DNA of 64,000 nucleotides from an uncultured Alphaproteobacteria bacterium (lineage in GTDB: Bacteria > Pseudomonadota > Alphaproteobacteria > CADEGL01): assembly GCA_902826885.1 (NCBI GenBank), contig CADEGL010000008.1, positions 10,819 to 74,818 of the forward strand, read 5' to 3'. The position numbers and the translations under genes were made by a program. Positions 9,196-19,360 of the stretch are shown here, piece after piece. How positions within the stretch are numbered: position 1 is the stretch's first letter; each line of letters starts with the position of its first letter. The notes beneath the pieces are model-generated. The model was not told the origin of the DNA, did no database searches, and saw only the letters and a list, made by a program, of their open reading frames with translations.

Positions 9196-10701
9196 TCAGA
9201 ACGCGTAGACCAGCCGGATCTCGGTCAGATACCAGGCGCGGTTGAACGTCGTCGCCGGATTCGGGAAATTCGACACCGCGGTTTGAAGAAATTGACGTGC
9301 GCCCCTGCCGGCCCATGCCACGCTTTGCGCACCGGACAAAGAAATCTTTTCGGTAATCGCCCATTGGGCGACGAAATCGAATTCGTTCAGGGCATGACTC
9401 GCGGTGCCGCCGAACTGCCCCGGCTCATCGTAGAAGATGCTGTAGAACAGCGCGCTGAGCGTCAGATCGCGCCTGGGATTGGCCGACACACCGATCTGGT
9501 GTGCGTTCTCGTTGCTGTTGAACAGAAAAGCCTGGCCGGCGATCTGGCCGAGGAACCACGAGCCGTAACCGCGCCCGAACGAATAGAACAGCGGGTCGAA
9601 TGACTGCTTCACGCCGTCGTTCGGGTTGCTGTCGCCGCTGAAATGGCTGTAGCGGTAGAAGACATGCGGCGCCCAGGGCGCGGCGGAAAACGTCCAACCG
9701 GGTTCGGCATACCAGCCATCGGCGCGCACCTTGTCGCCGGTGTGGTTGTTGTATTGATAAGCATACTCCCCGTAGAGGGAGAAGTCGGGCAGCGACGGAA
9801 TCATGCTGCCGCCGATGCGGGCCGACAGCACGCCCAGTCCATTTCGGTCGGAGCTGGAACTGATCTGCGAGGGACCTCCCGGGCAATTGCGGGTGGAAAA
9901 ACACCCCTCGCTTTCGCCGTCATAGACATACATCGCCATCAAGCCCGCATAGCGCGCGCGGTCGGCATAAGCGAAGCGCCCTTCGCCGTCGGCTTTCGAT
10001 TCGAACCACTCCACATTCCCACCGACGAAATCCGTGCGCGGAAAGTCGAGCCCGTTCATGAGAGTCTGATCCGTGACCGAGCGCAGGAGGAACAGATCGC
10101 CGCGCACGGGCTCCGTGTTGAACTTCACCACGCCCAACCCGTCGAACGCCGAACGGGGCGCCATGAAGTTTGCGCCGCGAGCACCCGCGTTATAAGTGCC
10201 GTCTCCGATCAGGAACGCGTCCCCGACCTGGAACGACTGCCGCCCCGCGCGGATGTCGAGGGCGTTGCCGCCGAGCCCGCCCAGCAGATCGCCCGAACGC
10301 CAGCCGACGAAGGCGTCTTCGAGCGCGATATGGCTGGGATTACCCCACGTGCTACTGACCAAGCCGGCATCGCCGTCGCCGCGCGTCGTGGCGCCTACCG
10401 CGCTGACGCCACCATAGAATTCGCCCGCGCTCGACGAAACGAGGGATGCCTTCAACGCCGGGATGATGAAGCCTTCGAACCAGAGCGGGTCCTTCGAGAT
10501 GGGTTCGTGACTGCCGGGCTGGTAGGTGCCCGCGCCGAACTGCGCGCCCGGGCTGGCGAAGAACCCCATGCCGCCCGCGAAAGCGGCATCTAATGCGAAA
10601 CCTTGCCCTTCATAGAAACGCCAATCGGCGCGCGCTTCACGTTCCGTGACGGCGGCGCAGAGAACGGCAAGGACGGAAAGCAGGCGAAGAAAGCGGCGCA
10701 T
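9196..10701 (-). CDS. Outer-membrane beta-barrel protein, paralog 1 (porin/alginate-export-like, family uncertain)
   Basis: Signal peptide MRRFLRLLSVLAVLCAAVTEREARA. Mature N-terminus DWRFYEGQGFALDAAF... C-terminal ...VYAF. About 50% identical to the neighbouring gene. Confidence 0.75.
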   Translation of the reverse strand: MRRFLRLLSVLAVLCAAVTEREARADWRFYEGQGFALDAAFAGGMGFFASPGAQFGAGTYQPGSHEPISKDPLWFEGFIIPALKASLVSSSAGEFYGGVSAVGATTRGDGDAGLVSSTWGNPSHIALEDAFVGWRSGDLLGGLGGNALDIRAGRQSFQVGDAFLIGDGTYNAGARGANFMAPRSAFDGLGVVKFNTEPVRGDLFLLRSVTDQTLMNGLDFPRTDFVGGNVEWFESKADGEGRFAYADRARYAGLMAMYVYDGESEGCFSTRNCPGGPSQISSSSDRNGLGVLSARIGGSMIPSLPDFSLYGEYAYQYNNHTGDKVRADGWYAEPGWTFSAAPWAPHVFYRYSHFSGDSNPNDGVKQSFDPLFYSFGRGYGSWFLGQIAGQAFLFNSNENAHQIGVSANPRRDLTLSALFYSIFYDEPGQFGGTASHALNEFDFVAQWAITEKISLSGAQSVAWAGRGARQFLQTAVSNFPNPATTFNRAWYLTEIRLVYAF

Positions 10702-10891
10702 GAAAGCGAGCGAAGGACCCTGCGTTGAAGACCACGATCGCGCGTAGGCATCTCGGTAGGAAGGCTTCAACAGAGCATAGGAAGGCCACCGGAAGACGAA
10801 GCGGGCATCTAACGCGTTCGATCATCTCACGGAAACAGCTATTTACAGGGATCGAGCACGCCCCGCCCTTACCAGCCTTTCCTAGATCCGT

Positions 10892-12403
10892 TCAGAACGT
10901 ATAGGTCAGCGTGATCTCGGTGACCGTCCACGGGCGGTCGAAGGCCGTGGGCGGATTGGAGAAACCCGATGTTGCGCCCTGGAGGAACTGGCGGGCGCCC
11001 TTGCCCGACCAGGCGATGCCCACCGCGCCCGTGAGCGACAGGCTTTTCGTGACCGCCCATTGGGCAATGAAATCCAACTCATCCATCATATGGCTAGCCG
11101 TGCCGCCGAACTGGCCCGGCTGGGCATAGAAGAAACTGTAGAACAGCGCGTTCAGCGTAACCGATTCGACGGGATTGGCCGTGATGCCGAGTTGGTGCGC
11201 GTTCTGGTTGCTGTTGAAGGTGAAGTACTGGCCCGCGATCTCGCCCATCTGCCAGGTGCCGTACCCGCGTCCGGTCGTAAAGAAAAGCGGATCGAACGAT
11301 TGCTTGGTGTCGTCGTTCGGATTGGGGTCGCCGCTGAAATGGCTATAGCGGTAGAAAACGCGCGGTGTCCACGGCGCCGCCGAGAAACTCCAACCAGGCT
11401 CGACATACCAAGCGTTCGCGCGCACGTGATTGCCGTCCCGGCCATTATATTCGTAGGCGTATTCGCCATACAGCGAGAGGTCGGGCAGCGCGGGGATCAT
11501 GGCGCCGCCCATGCGCGCCGCGATCACCGCCAGCCCCTTGCGGTCCGAACTGGAAGAGATTTCGGCCGGCCCCGCGGCGCAGGAAACGGTCGAAAAGCAT
11601 CCCGCGCTATCCGCATCGTAAGCGAACAGGCCCATGAGGCCCGCATAGCGCGCGCGGTCCGTGTAGGCAAAGCGGCCTTCTCCGTCCGGCTTCGATTCGA
11701 ACCATTCGACGTTCAGCCCGGCGAAGTCCGTACGCGGCTGATCAAGCCCGTCCAACAGCGTCTGATTGGTCGTGGAGCGAAGCAGGAACAGATCGCCGCG
11801 CACGGGATCGGTATTGATACTGGCCACGCCCAGCCCATCGAAGGCGACGCGCGGGCTCAGGTAATAGGCCGCGCGCGCGCCCCCGTCGAATGTGCCGTCG
11901 CCCACGAGAAACGCGTCACCCACCTGGAACGGCTGACGCCCCGCACGCAGATCCAGCGCGCTGTTGGGCAGGCCGCCGATCACCGCGCCCGACTTCCAGC
12001 CGACATAAGCGTTCTCGACCGCGATGTGCTCCGGATTGCCGAAGGTAAGACTGTTGAGGTTCGCATCGCCGTCGCCGCGCGTCATGGCGCCCACCGCGCT
12101 GACCGCGCCATAGAATTCGCCGGCATTGGCCGAGACGAACGATGCTTTCAATGCCGGTGTAATGAAGCCTTCGAACCAGACCGGATTGTTGGCGATCGGC
12201 CGGTCGTTGTTTTGCGTATAGGTGCCCGCGCCGAACTGCGCGTTGGGGCTGGCGAAGAAACCGGTGCCCGCCGCGATCCCCGCGTCCAGCGCGAAGCCGC
12301 CCTGCTCATAGAAGCGCCAGTCGGCCCGCGCCGTTTCGGACGCGGCGGTCAGGATGGCGGCGAGGGTGAACGCCGCGGCAAGCGGAGAGAGGCGAAGACG
12401 CAT
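10892..12403 (-). CDS. Outer-membrane beta-barrel protein, paralog 2
   Basis: Signal peptide ...TAASETARA. Mature N-terminus DWRFYEQGGFALDAGI... C-terminal ...TYTF. Collinear with paralog 1. Confidence 0.8.
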   Translation of the reverse strand: MRLRLSPLAAAFTLAAILTAASETARADWRFYEQGGFALDAGIAAGTGFFASPNAQFGAGTYTQNNDRPIANNPVWFEGFITPALKASFVSANAGEFYGAVSAVGAMTRGDGDANLNSLTFGNPEHIAVENAYVGWKSGAVIGGLPNSALDLRAGRQPFQVGDAFLVGDGTFDGGARAAYYLSPRVAFDGLGVASINTDPVRGDLFLLRSTTNQTLLDGLDQPRTDFAGLNVEWFESKPDGEGRFAYTDRARYAGLMGLFAYDADSAGCFSTVSCAAGPAEISSSSDRKGLAVIAARMGGAMIPALPDLSLYGEYAYEYNGRDGNHVRANAWYVEPGWSFSAAPWTPRVFYRYSHFSGDPNPNDDTKQSFDPLFFTTGRGYGTWQMGEIAGQYFTFNSNQNAHQLGITANPVESVTLNALFYSFFYAQPGQFGGTASHMMDELDFIAQWAVTKSLSLTGAVGIAWSGKGARQFLQGATSGFSNPPTAFDRPWTVTEITLTYTF

Positions 12404-12421
12404 GACGCGCGGCTTCTCGCC

Positions 12422-13357
12422 CTAGACCGGCGACTTGGCCGGCGCGTCCCAATAGGGGCTGGGCCCGAACCGGTCGGCCAGAAAATCCACGAACACGCGC
12501 ACCTTGGCCGTCAGGTGCCGGCTATGCGGATAGACGGCGTAAACCGATGCGCGGTTGGGCAGATAGTCGCGCAGCACCTCCTTCAGCCGTCCGGCCTGCA
12601 CGTCGGGACCGACGATGAAGGACGGCAGCACCGCGACACCCAATCCGGCCAAGAGCGCCTGGCGGATCGCATCGCCGTTGTTCGCACGCAGATTACCGTG
12701 CACCGAAACCGAGCGCGTGCCTTCGCCGTCGATGAACTGCCATTGGTCGGTGTCGGACACATACGCGTAGCTGAGGCAGTTGTGCGCGGCCAAGTCGTCA
12801 GGCGTGCGCGGCTCGCCATGCTTGGCGAAATAAGCCGGCGCGCCACAAAGTATGCGCCGGTCGGGCGCCAAGCGCCGCGCGATCAGGCTGGAATCGGTCA
12901 GCCGCGCGATACGGATCGCGACATCGAAACCCTCATCGATCAAGTCCACGAAACGGTCGTTCATGGTCATATCCACGCGCACCTCGGGATGGCGTGCGAG
13001 GAAATCGGGGATCGCCGGCGCGATATGCAGATGGCCGAAGGTCATCGGCGCGTTGACCCGCAAGGTGCCGCGCGGTTCGGACTGCAGGTGCGTGACCGCC
13101 AGCTCCGCCTCCTGCGCCTCGGCCACCACGCGCGCGCAGCGGTCATAGAAGGCGGCGCCCGTTTCCGTGAGGCTCAGGCGGCGGGTGGTCCGATTCAAAA
13201 GCCGCGCGCCCAGCCGATCCTCCAGGCGCGTGATCTGCTTCGAAACGGCGGATTTCGACATGCCCAGTTCGGCCGCGGCGGCCGTGAAACTGCGCGCCTC
13301 CACCACTTTGGCAAACACCGCCATGCCGGCCAGGCTGTCCAACGGCGCCAAGGTCAT
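12422..13357 (-). CDS. LysR-family transcriptional regulator
   Basis: N-terminal HTH (FAKVVEARSFTAAAAELGMSKSAVSKQITRLE) with a LysR substrate-binding fold. Divergent from wrbA. Confidence 0.9.
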   Translation of the reverse strand: MTLAPLDSLAGMAVFAKVVEARSFTAAAAELGMSKSAVSKQITRLEDRLGARLLNRTTRRLSLTETGAAFYDRCARVVAEAQEAELAVTHLQSEPRGTLRVNAPMTFGHLHIAPAIPDFLARHPEVRVDMTMNDRFVDLIDEGFDVAIRIARLTDSSLIARRLAPDRRILCGAPAYFAKHGEPRTPDDLAAHNCLSYAYVSDTDQWQFIDGEGTRSVSVHGNLRANNGDAIRQALLAGLGVAVLPSFIVGPDVQAGRLKEVLRDYLPNRASVYAVYPHSRHLTAKVRVFVDFLADRFGPSPYWDAPAKSPV

Positions 13358-13487
13358 TAGCTATCCTTTGGAAACAATACTTCTCCATCTAACGCATTTT
13401 TTCGCCAAACGGGAACACCTATCTATCCGGTGAATACGAACCGCCGCGGCGGATTCCCCACAGCCCAGTCCATTCAAGGAGACGGTC

Positions 13488-14090
13488 ATGGCCAAGATTC
13501 TGGTCCTTTACTACAGCATGTACGGTCATATCGAGGCGATGGCGGAGGCCGTAGCCGAGGGCGCCAAAGGCGTGGCTGGCGTCGAAGTCACCGTAAAACG
13601 CGTGCCCGAATTGGTGCCCACCGAGGTGCTGGAAAAAGCCGGCGCGAAGGCGGATCAGAAAGCCCCGCTGGCCACGGTGGCGGAATTGGCGGAATACGAT
13701 GCCATCATTTTCGGCACGCCGACCCGTTTCGGAAACATGGCCGCGCAGATGCGCAACTTCCTCGACCAGACCGGCGGCTTGTGGGCCAAGGGTGCCCTGA
13801 TCGGCAAGGTCGGCAGCGTCTTTGCCTCGACAGCAACCCAGCATGGCGGACAGGAAACGACGATCACGTCGTTCCACAGCACGCTGCTGCATCACGGCAT
13901 GGTCATCGTGGGCGTGCCTTACAATTGCGCGGGGTTGACCAAAATGGATGAGGTCACGGGCGGCAGCCCTTACGGCGCGACCACGCTGGCAGGCCCCGAT
14001 GGCAAGCGCCTGCCCAGCGAGAACGAGCTGGAGATCGCGCGCTTCCAAGGCAAACACGTGGCCGAACTGGCCAAGAAGCTGACGGCATGA
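13488..14090 (+). CDS. wrbA: NAD(P)H:quinone oxidoreductase WrbA (flavodoxin-like)
   Basis: [26 protein letters not shown]..., [18 protein letters not shown], and a strong RBS AAGGAGA. Confidence 0.92.
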   Translation: MAKILVLYYSMYGHIEAMAEAVAEGAKGVAGVEVTVKRVPELVPTEVLEKAGAKADQKAPLATVAELAEYDAIIFGTPTRFGNMAAQMRNFLDQTGGLWAKGALIGKVGSVFASTATQHGGQETTITSFHSTLLHHGMVIVGVPYNCAGLTKMDEVTGGSPYGATTLAGPDGKRLPSENELEIARFQGKHVAELAKKLTA

Positions 14091-14268
14091 TGGGCCTAGT
14101 GTCGGTTCTGGCTATCTCATGCTTTCGAGAGGCTCGGTACCGGGCGAAGGTTTAAGTGCCAAGGATGGTCGGAGCTTCCTCATCCACGTGGCGGGCGGCG
14201 GCGGAAAGCCGCAAGATGGTGTCGCCGCCCACGCACCCGGCGGCTCATGAAGAATGGGAGAGAACGAT

Positions 14269-14739
14269 ATGACCGAAAAGGTCGACCGCTCCAAATTGAT
14301 CATTCCCGCCGTAGCGCCCCTCTACGAAGGGCTTAGCTGCATCGCCTACCCGTTGATGCGCGTCGTCGTCGGCGGCTTCCTCGTTCCGCATGGCATGCAA
14401 AAGCTGTTCGGCGCGTTCGGCGGTGGCGGCATCGAAGGCACCACGGCCGGCTTCGCCAAGATGGGGCTGGAACCCGCGCCGCTCTTAGCCGTTCTAGCAG
14501 GCGGCACGGAATTTTTCGGCGGTATCCTGATCCTGCTGGGGCTGTTCACGCGCGTGGCCGCGGCAGGCGCCGTGATCCTACTGCTCGTCGCCGCGATCCA
14601 TGTTCACTACGCCAACGGCTTTTTCGCCGGCAAGGGCGGCTACGAGTTCGCGCTCCTGTGGGCGGTGATGGCGTTCTACGTCTTCGTGCGCGGCGGCGGG
14701 CACTGCTCGATCGACCGTAAGATCGGCAAGGAGTTCTGA
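14269..14739 (+). CDS. DoxX-family membrane protein
   Basis: RBS GGGAGAG 6 nt upstream. Four TM helices. DoxX-like GGFLVPHGMQKLFG. Confidence 0.8.
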   Translation: MTEKVDRSKLIIPAVAPLYEGLSCIAYPLMRVVVGGFLVPHGMQKLFGAFGGGGIEGTTAGFAKMGLEPAPLLAVLAGGTEFFGGILILLGLFTRVAAAGAVILLLVAAIHVHYANGFFAGKGGYEFALLWAVMAFYVFVRGGGHCSIDRKIGKEF

Positions 14740-14771
14740 ATGGCGTCGCGGCGGCGCGTGAGAATCATGGC

Positions 14772-15554
14772 ATGACCAAGTGGCCCAGCATTTTCGTCGG
14801 CCACGGCAGTCCGGGCATGATCCTGGAGCGCGCCGCCGCGCGCGATTTTCTGAGCAGCCTCGGCAACCAACTCGGCAAGCCCAAGGCCATTCTGGTCGCG
14901 ACCGCCCATTGGGAGACCGGCGCACCCGCCATAGGCGCCGCCGATAAGCCGGAGACGATCCACGATTTCTTCGGCTTCCCGCAGGAACTCTACCGCATCG
15001 TGTACGCGGCATCCGGGGCGCCCGAAATTGCCACGCGCGCGCAGGCGCTTCTGAACGGCGCGGGCTTCGACGCGACGCTCGACCACGCACGCGGGCTCGA
15101 CCATGGCGCCTGGTCGCCGCTTTATCTCATGTATCCCGGCGCGGATGTGCCGGTGTTGCAAATATCGCTGCAATCCCATCGCGGGACCGGTTATCACCTC
15201 TCCATCGGCCGCGCGCTCGAACCCCTGCGCGAGGAAGGCGTGCTGGTGATGGGCAGCGGCGCCATCACGCACAATCTGCGCGACTTCGGACGATATGATC
15301 TCAACGACCCGCCCGTCACCTATGCCGCCGAGTTCGATTCGTGGGTGCGCGACGCTGTCACGCGCGGCGATGCCGATGCCGTGGTGGATTATCGCCAGCG
15401 CGCGCCCCATGCCACGCGCAACCAGCCCAGCGAAGAGCATTTCCTGCCCTTGCTGGTCGCCATGGGGGCCGGCGGCGAAGGTGCGAAGGCACGCACGCTG
15501 CACGCGGGCTTTACCTATGGATTCCTGTCCATGGCGTCCTACGCGTTCGACTAG
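14772..15554 (+). CDS. Class III extradiol ring-cleavage dioxygenase (LigB/YgiD/DODA type)
   Basis: SIFVGHGSPGMILE, HWETGAP, VLVMGSGAITHNLRDF. Confidence 0.85.
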   Translation: MTKWPSIFVGHGSPGMILERAAARDFLSSLGNQLGKPKAILVATAHWETGAPAIGAADKPETIHDFFGFPQELYRIVYAASGAPEIATRAQALLNGAGFDATLDHARGLDHGAWSPLYLMYPGADVPVLQISLQSHRGTGYHLSIGRALEPLREEGVLVMGSGAITHNLRDFGRYDLNDPPVTYAAEFDSWVRDAVTRGDADAVVDYRQRAPHATRNQPSEEHFLPLLVAMGAGGEGAKARTLHAGFTYGFLSMASYAFD

Positions 15555-15648
15555 TTTCGGCTTCGGCCGATAGCCCTGCGAAAACCGCATACCCCGACCC
15601 GCCGCGGCACGCCTTGCGCGCGAAGGAGCGCGCGCGTGTAATCCGGCG

Positions 15649-17172
15649 GTGACCGCCACCGCCCCTTCCCTGGCCCAGGAGTCCGCCGCGCCAACGGGCA
15701 TCGCGAAGGCTCTTCAGGTCACCACCGGCGTTTTCTGCACGCATCTCTATCTACTGGCCATGTCGGGCGCGAGCATGGCGCTGCCTCACATGCAGGGTGC
15801 GTTTTCCGCCGGGCCCGACCAGATCGCCTGGGTCGTAACGGCCTTCATCGTCACGGTCGCCATGACGAACGCCTGCGCCGGCTGGCTGACCGACCATCTG
15901 GGCCGCCGCAGACTGCTGTTGATCTGCGTCGTCGGCTTCACCCTGTCCTCGGTCCTGGTCGGCCTGACCGAAAGCCTCGAGGCCGCGGTGCTGGCGCGCG
16001 TGCTGCAAGGCATGTTCTGCGCGCCCTTGGCGCCGCTCGGCCAAGCCATCGCGGTGGACGCGTGGCCACGCAACCGGCAGGCCATGGCCACCTCGGTCTG
16101 GAGCATGGGTGCCTTGTGGGGCTCCTTCATCGCGCCGCTCGCGGGCGGCTATCTGGCCGAGAATCTGAGCTGGCAGTGGGTTTTCTACATGCCCGTGCCG
16201 ATCGGAATCCTCACCTTCGTCACCGGTTGGCTGTCCGTGCATGACAGGACCGAGCGCGGCCACAGCTATCTGGACTGGCTCGGCTTCTCCACCCTCGTGC
16301 TGTCGATCGGCTCATTGATGTATGGGCTCTCGCGCGGCGAGCGGCTGGACTGGTTCGCATCCGGCGAGATCATCGCCGCCGCCTGCATCGCGGTCTTGGC
16401 CTCCTATGTCTTCGTCGCCCGCATGATGATGGCGCGGCGTCCCTTCATTCCCATGAGCCTGTTCAAGGACCGGAACTATACGGTCGCACTGCTCTTCATC
16501 TTCATCTACGGCAACTACAACTATCTGCCGATCTTCGTGCTGCCCATCATTCTGACCAGCGTGATGGGGCTGACGCTGCCCGTGGTCGGTGCGCTGATCG
16601 CCGTACGCAGCTTCGGCTCCTTCGCCAGCATGCTGATCGTGGCACCGCTCTCGGACCGGGTGAACATGCGCGTCTGGCTGATCGCCGGCTTCCTCGCCTT
16701 GATGGTGCCGTTCTGGATGATGGCGCGCTGGGGCATCGATCCGTCGTGGAGCGCGATCGTCATCGCCATGTTCCTGCACGGCTTCGGTTCCAGCATGCCT
16801 TATATCGGCATCAGCGCGGCGGCGTTCTCGACCTTGCCGGTCGAACTTCGCAGCCAGGGCATGAGCCTGTTGCATCTGACCAACAACATGGGCGTCGCCA
16901 TCGGCACCACGGCCATATTCGCGCTTCTGGCGCGCGAAATGCAGACCAGCTATTCCGCGCTGGCGCAGTTCGTGAGCCCCTACAACGAGGCTATGCAGGC
17001 CGGAAGTGCGCGCGGCACGGTCCACTTGCACGATGCCCACGGCCTGGCTTCGCTCGGCGCCGAGGTGAGCCGTCAGGCCACCATGGTGGCTTTCAACTCG
17101 ACGCTTCAGATCGCTGCGTATCTCGGACTTATCATCCTGCCGCTTCTATTTTTTGCCCGCGTGCGGCATTAA
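15649..17172 (+). CDS. MFS transporter, DHA2 (EmrB/QacA-like, 14-TMS) family
   Basis: About 14 predicted TM helices. MFS motif region TDHLGRRRLLLICVVGF. GTG start. Confidence 0.8.
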   Translation: MTATAPSLAQESAAPTGIAKALQVTTGVFCTHLYLLAMSGASMALPHMQGAFSAGPDQIAWVVTAFIVTVAMTNACAGWLTDHLGRRRLLLICVVGFTLSSVLVGLTESLEAAVLARVLQGMFCAPLAPLGQAIAVDAWPRNRQAMATSVWSMGALWGSFIAPLAGGYLAENLSWQWVFYMPVPIGILTFVTGWLSVHDRTERGHSYLDWLGFSTLVLSIGSLMYGLSRGERLDWFASGEIIAAACIAVLASYVFVARMMMARRPFIPMSLFKDRNYTVALLFIFIYGNYNYLPIFVLPIILTSVMGLTLPVVGALIAVRSFGSFASMLIVAPLSDRVNMRVWLIAGFLALMVPFWMMARWGIDPSWSAIVIAMFLHGFGSSMPYIGISAAAFSTLPVELRSQGMSLLHLTNNMGVAIGTTAIFALLAREMQTSYSALAQFVSPYNEAMQAGSARGTVHLHDAHGLASLGAEVSRQATMVAFNSTLQIAAYLGLIILPLLFFARVRH

Positions 17173-17182
17173 CGCGGCCGCC

Positions 17183-18142
17183 TCAGCCCTTCACCCAGTC
17201 CTTGTTCGCGCGCAGCGCCTTGATGATGGCGACCAGATTCTTGTCCCGTGCGCGCGACAGCTCCGTATAGGACTTGCCTTCGGCCATCCGCTCGCACGCC
17301 TCGATCACCTTCGTCTTCATTTCCGGCGTCAGCTTGGGCGAAAGCAATTTGCTCCACACGCTGGCCTTCTCCATGTCGAAATGCTGGAAGAAGCCGCGCA
17401 TGCCACCTTCGCCGCCCGCCATGTGCATGTGGACGAACGACCCCATCATGGCCCAGCGCAGGCCGGGCCCCTGGCGGATCGCCGCATTGATCTGCTCGGG
17501 TGTCGCGATGCCGTCCTGCACCATATGCAGCGCCTCGTGCCACATGGCCTGTTGCAGCCGGTTGGCGATATGGCCCGGCGCCTCCTTGAGCATCTTGATC
17601 GCGTAGTGGCCGTTGCGGTTGTAGAAGTCGCAGGCCCAATCGACCGCCCACTCCGCCGTATTCTTGCCGCCGCACACCTCGACCAAGGGCACGATGTGGG
17701 GCGGATTGAACGGATGGCCGATCACCGTGCGCTCCGGATGGATGCTCTCCTTCTGGATATCGCTCATGATGAAGCCGGAGGTCGAGGACGAGATCACGAT
17801 GTCCTTCGGCGCGGCTTCTTCGATTTGCGGTAAGAGCTTGACCTTGATCTCCAGCTTCTCGGGCGCGCTTTCCTGGATGAAGTCGGCGTCCTTCACCGCG
17901 TCGCCGATCGAGGTGCCGAATTTAAGGCGCGCGCGAGACGCGCCAGGTGCCAAGCCCAGTTCCTCCAGGAACGGCCACGCCTGGTCTAAAAGCCGGTGCA
18001 GCTTGGCCTCGGCCTTGGGGTCGGGGTCCTGGACCGAGACGTCGAAGCCCTTAGCCAGGAAATGCGCGGCCCAGCCGCCGCCCATCAGTCCCGTGCCCAC
18101 GCAGGCCACGCGGCGCACTTTGTCGGGTGTCGGTCGAGCCAT
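17183..18142 (-). CDS. L-carnitine dehydrogenase family protein (3-hydroxyacyl-CoA dehydrogenase fold)
   Basis: VACVGTGLMGGGWA (Rossmann fold), DADFIQESAPE, HPERTVIGHPFNPPHIVPLVEV, GPGLRW. Confidence 0.85.
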   Translation of the reverse strand: MARPTPDKVRRVACVGTGLMGGGWAAHFLAKGFDVSVQDPDPKAEAKLHRLLDQAWPFLEELGLAPGASRARLKFGTSIGDAVKDADFIQESAPEKLEIKVKLLPQIEEAAPKDIVISSSTSGFIMSDIQKESIHPERTVIGHPFNPPHIVPLVEVCGGKNTAEWAVDWACDFYNRNGHYAIKMLKEAPGHIANRLQQAMWHEALHMVQDGIATPEQINAAIRQGPGLRWAMMGSFVHMHMAGGEGGMRGFFQHFDMEKASVWSKLLSPKLTPEMKTKVIEACERMAEGKSYTELSRARDKNLVAIIKALRANKDWVKG

Positions 18143-18159
18143 CGTTCGTTCCCTTTCTT

Positions 18160-19311
18160 TCAGCCCGTCTTCAGATCCGGCGGCGGGGTGCGGGCAACCG
18201 CGTCGCGGTGGGCCTCGTCGGCCAAGGCGTCGATATTCTCCTGACGCTGGGCGGCGGCGGCCTCGTCATAGAGGAACGGCAGGAAGCAGAAGCGCCGCCC
18301 GCGCGTGATCGGCCACACTTCGTGCAGGACCGAGCAGGAGAACACCACGGCGCCGCCCGTGGTCGCGCGATACATGCGCGTGTCGTACTCGGGAAAGCGC
18401 AAGTCGCCGCCCTCGTATTCCTCGGCGTTCAGATTGATGGTGACGGCGAAGCGGCGGTGCGCTGTGCCCTTGGTCGTATCGTCGCGGTGGGCGCGGAAAT
18501 AGCCGCCGGTCCGCGAGTCGTAGCAGGCCACGATGTGCCGCTCGATGCGCGTCGCGGCGAACTGGAACACCTTGCGCACCTCGGGCACCAGGCGGCGCGC
18601 GATCTTGGCGTTGATGGTTTCCTGCAACGCCATGTCGCGGATGGGGCAGTCGGCTCGGCGCTTGAAGCCGTGGTCGATGGTCGAGACGGTCTTACCGCTG
18701 GCGGGGTCCGTGCGCATGAAGCCGCTGTCCTCGCCGCCCTCCTTCTCGTACAGGGCGATCAGCTCGCGGCAGAACTCTTTTTCGAACACGTTGGGCACGG
18801 CCAGGACCGGCGCGCCCGGGCCGGCCATGGAGCGATCGTCGGACGCCGGTTGCGCGTCGACAACGGCCAGAAGCTCCGCCGCATGGCGCTCCGGCTCGCC
18901 GATCTTCAGCATGGCCAACACGCGCAAGGTGCGGTCCAACACCAGCGAGAACGGACGATAGGCACCCGCCTTTTCGCAGGCGCCATAGAGCATGCTGAGC
19001 TGCCTCCGGTAGTCCAGGAACAGCCGTGCGCCCGGTCTGCGCTCGGCCAGACGGCCGTCCTTCACATCGGCGGGATCGCAGGTGACGACGAACAGCGAGG
19101 CACGGACGTCATTGTACGCGCGCTCGCAGGAAATCATCTCGGCCGCCATGGCGCGCAGCCGATCGTCCTTGGCCGAGCCCAGGAAGGTCAGAACGACGTA
19201 ACGGCCGCCCGCGATGTTGAAATGGAAATCCTGCCGCTCGGCCGTCGGCGCGACGAACCACGGCACCGGATCGCCGGGGCTGAAGGTCCGGGGCTTCTTC
19301 TGCTGCGCCAT
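18160..19311 (-). CDS. Fe(II)/2-oxoglutarate-dependent oxygenase (prolyl-4-hydroxylase-like) with N-terminal Cys-less redoxin-like domain
   Basis: C-terminal AHRDDTTKG...NLNAEEYEGGDLRFPE...VLHEVWPITRGRR (HxD...H...R). The N-terminal PVPWFVAPTAERQDFHFNIAGGRYVVLTFLGS resembles a peroxiredoxin/thioredoxin fold without the catalytic Cys. Confidence 0.7.
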   Translation of the reverse strand: MAQQKKPRTFSPGDPVPWFVAPTAERQDFHFNIAGGRYVVLTFLGSAKDDRLRAMAAEMISCERAYNDVRASLFVVTCDPADVKDGRLAERRPGARLFLDYRRQLSMLYGACEKAGAYRPFSLVLDRTLRVLAMLKIGEPERHAAELLAVVDAQPASDDRSMAGPGAPVLAVPNVFEKEFCRELIALYEKEGGEDSGFMRTDPASGKTVSTIDHGFKRRADCPIRDMALQETINAKIARRLVPEVRKVFQFAATRIERHIVACYDSRTGGYFRAHRDDTTKGTAHRRFAVTINLNAEEYEGGDLRFPEYDTRMYRATTGGAVVFSCSVLHEVWPITRGRRFCFLPFLYDEAAAAQRQENIDALADEAHRDAVARTPPPDLKTG

Positions 19312-19360
19312 GCTCTGTTCGCGGCCGCGCGCGGATGCCGGTCCACGCGCGGCGCGCCGC

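Noticed and set aside
11060-13360. 766-aa plus-strand ORF
   Set aside because: It is antisense to the OMP paralog and the LysR gene. It is low-complexity and Arg-rich with no motifs.
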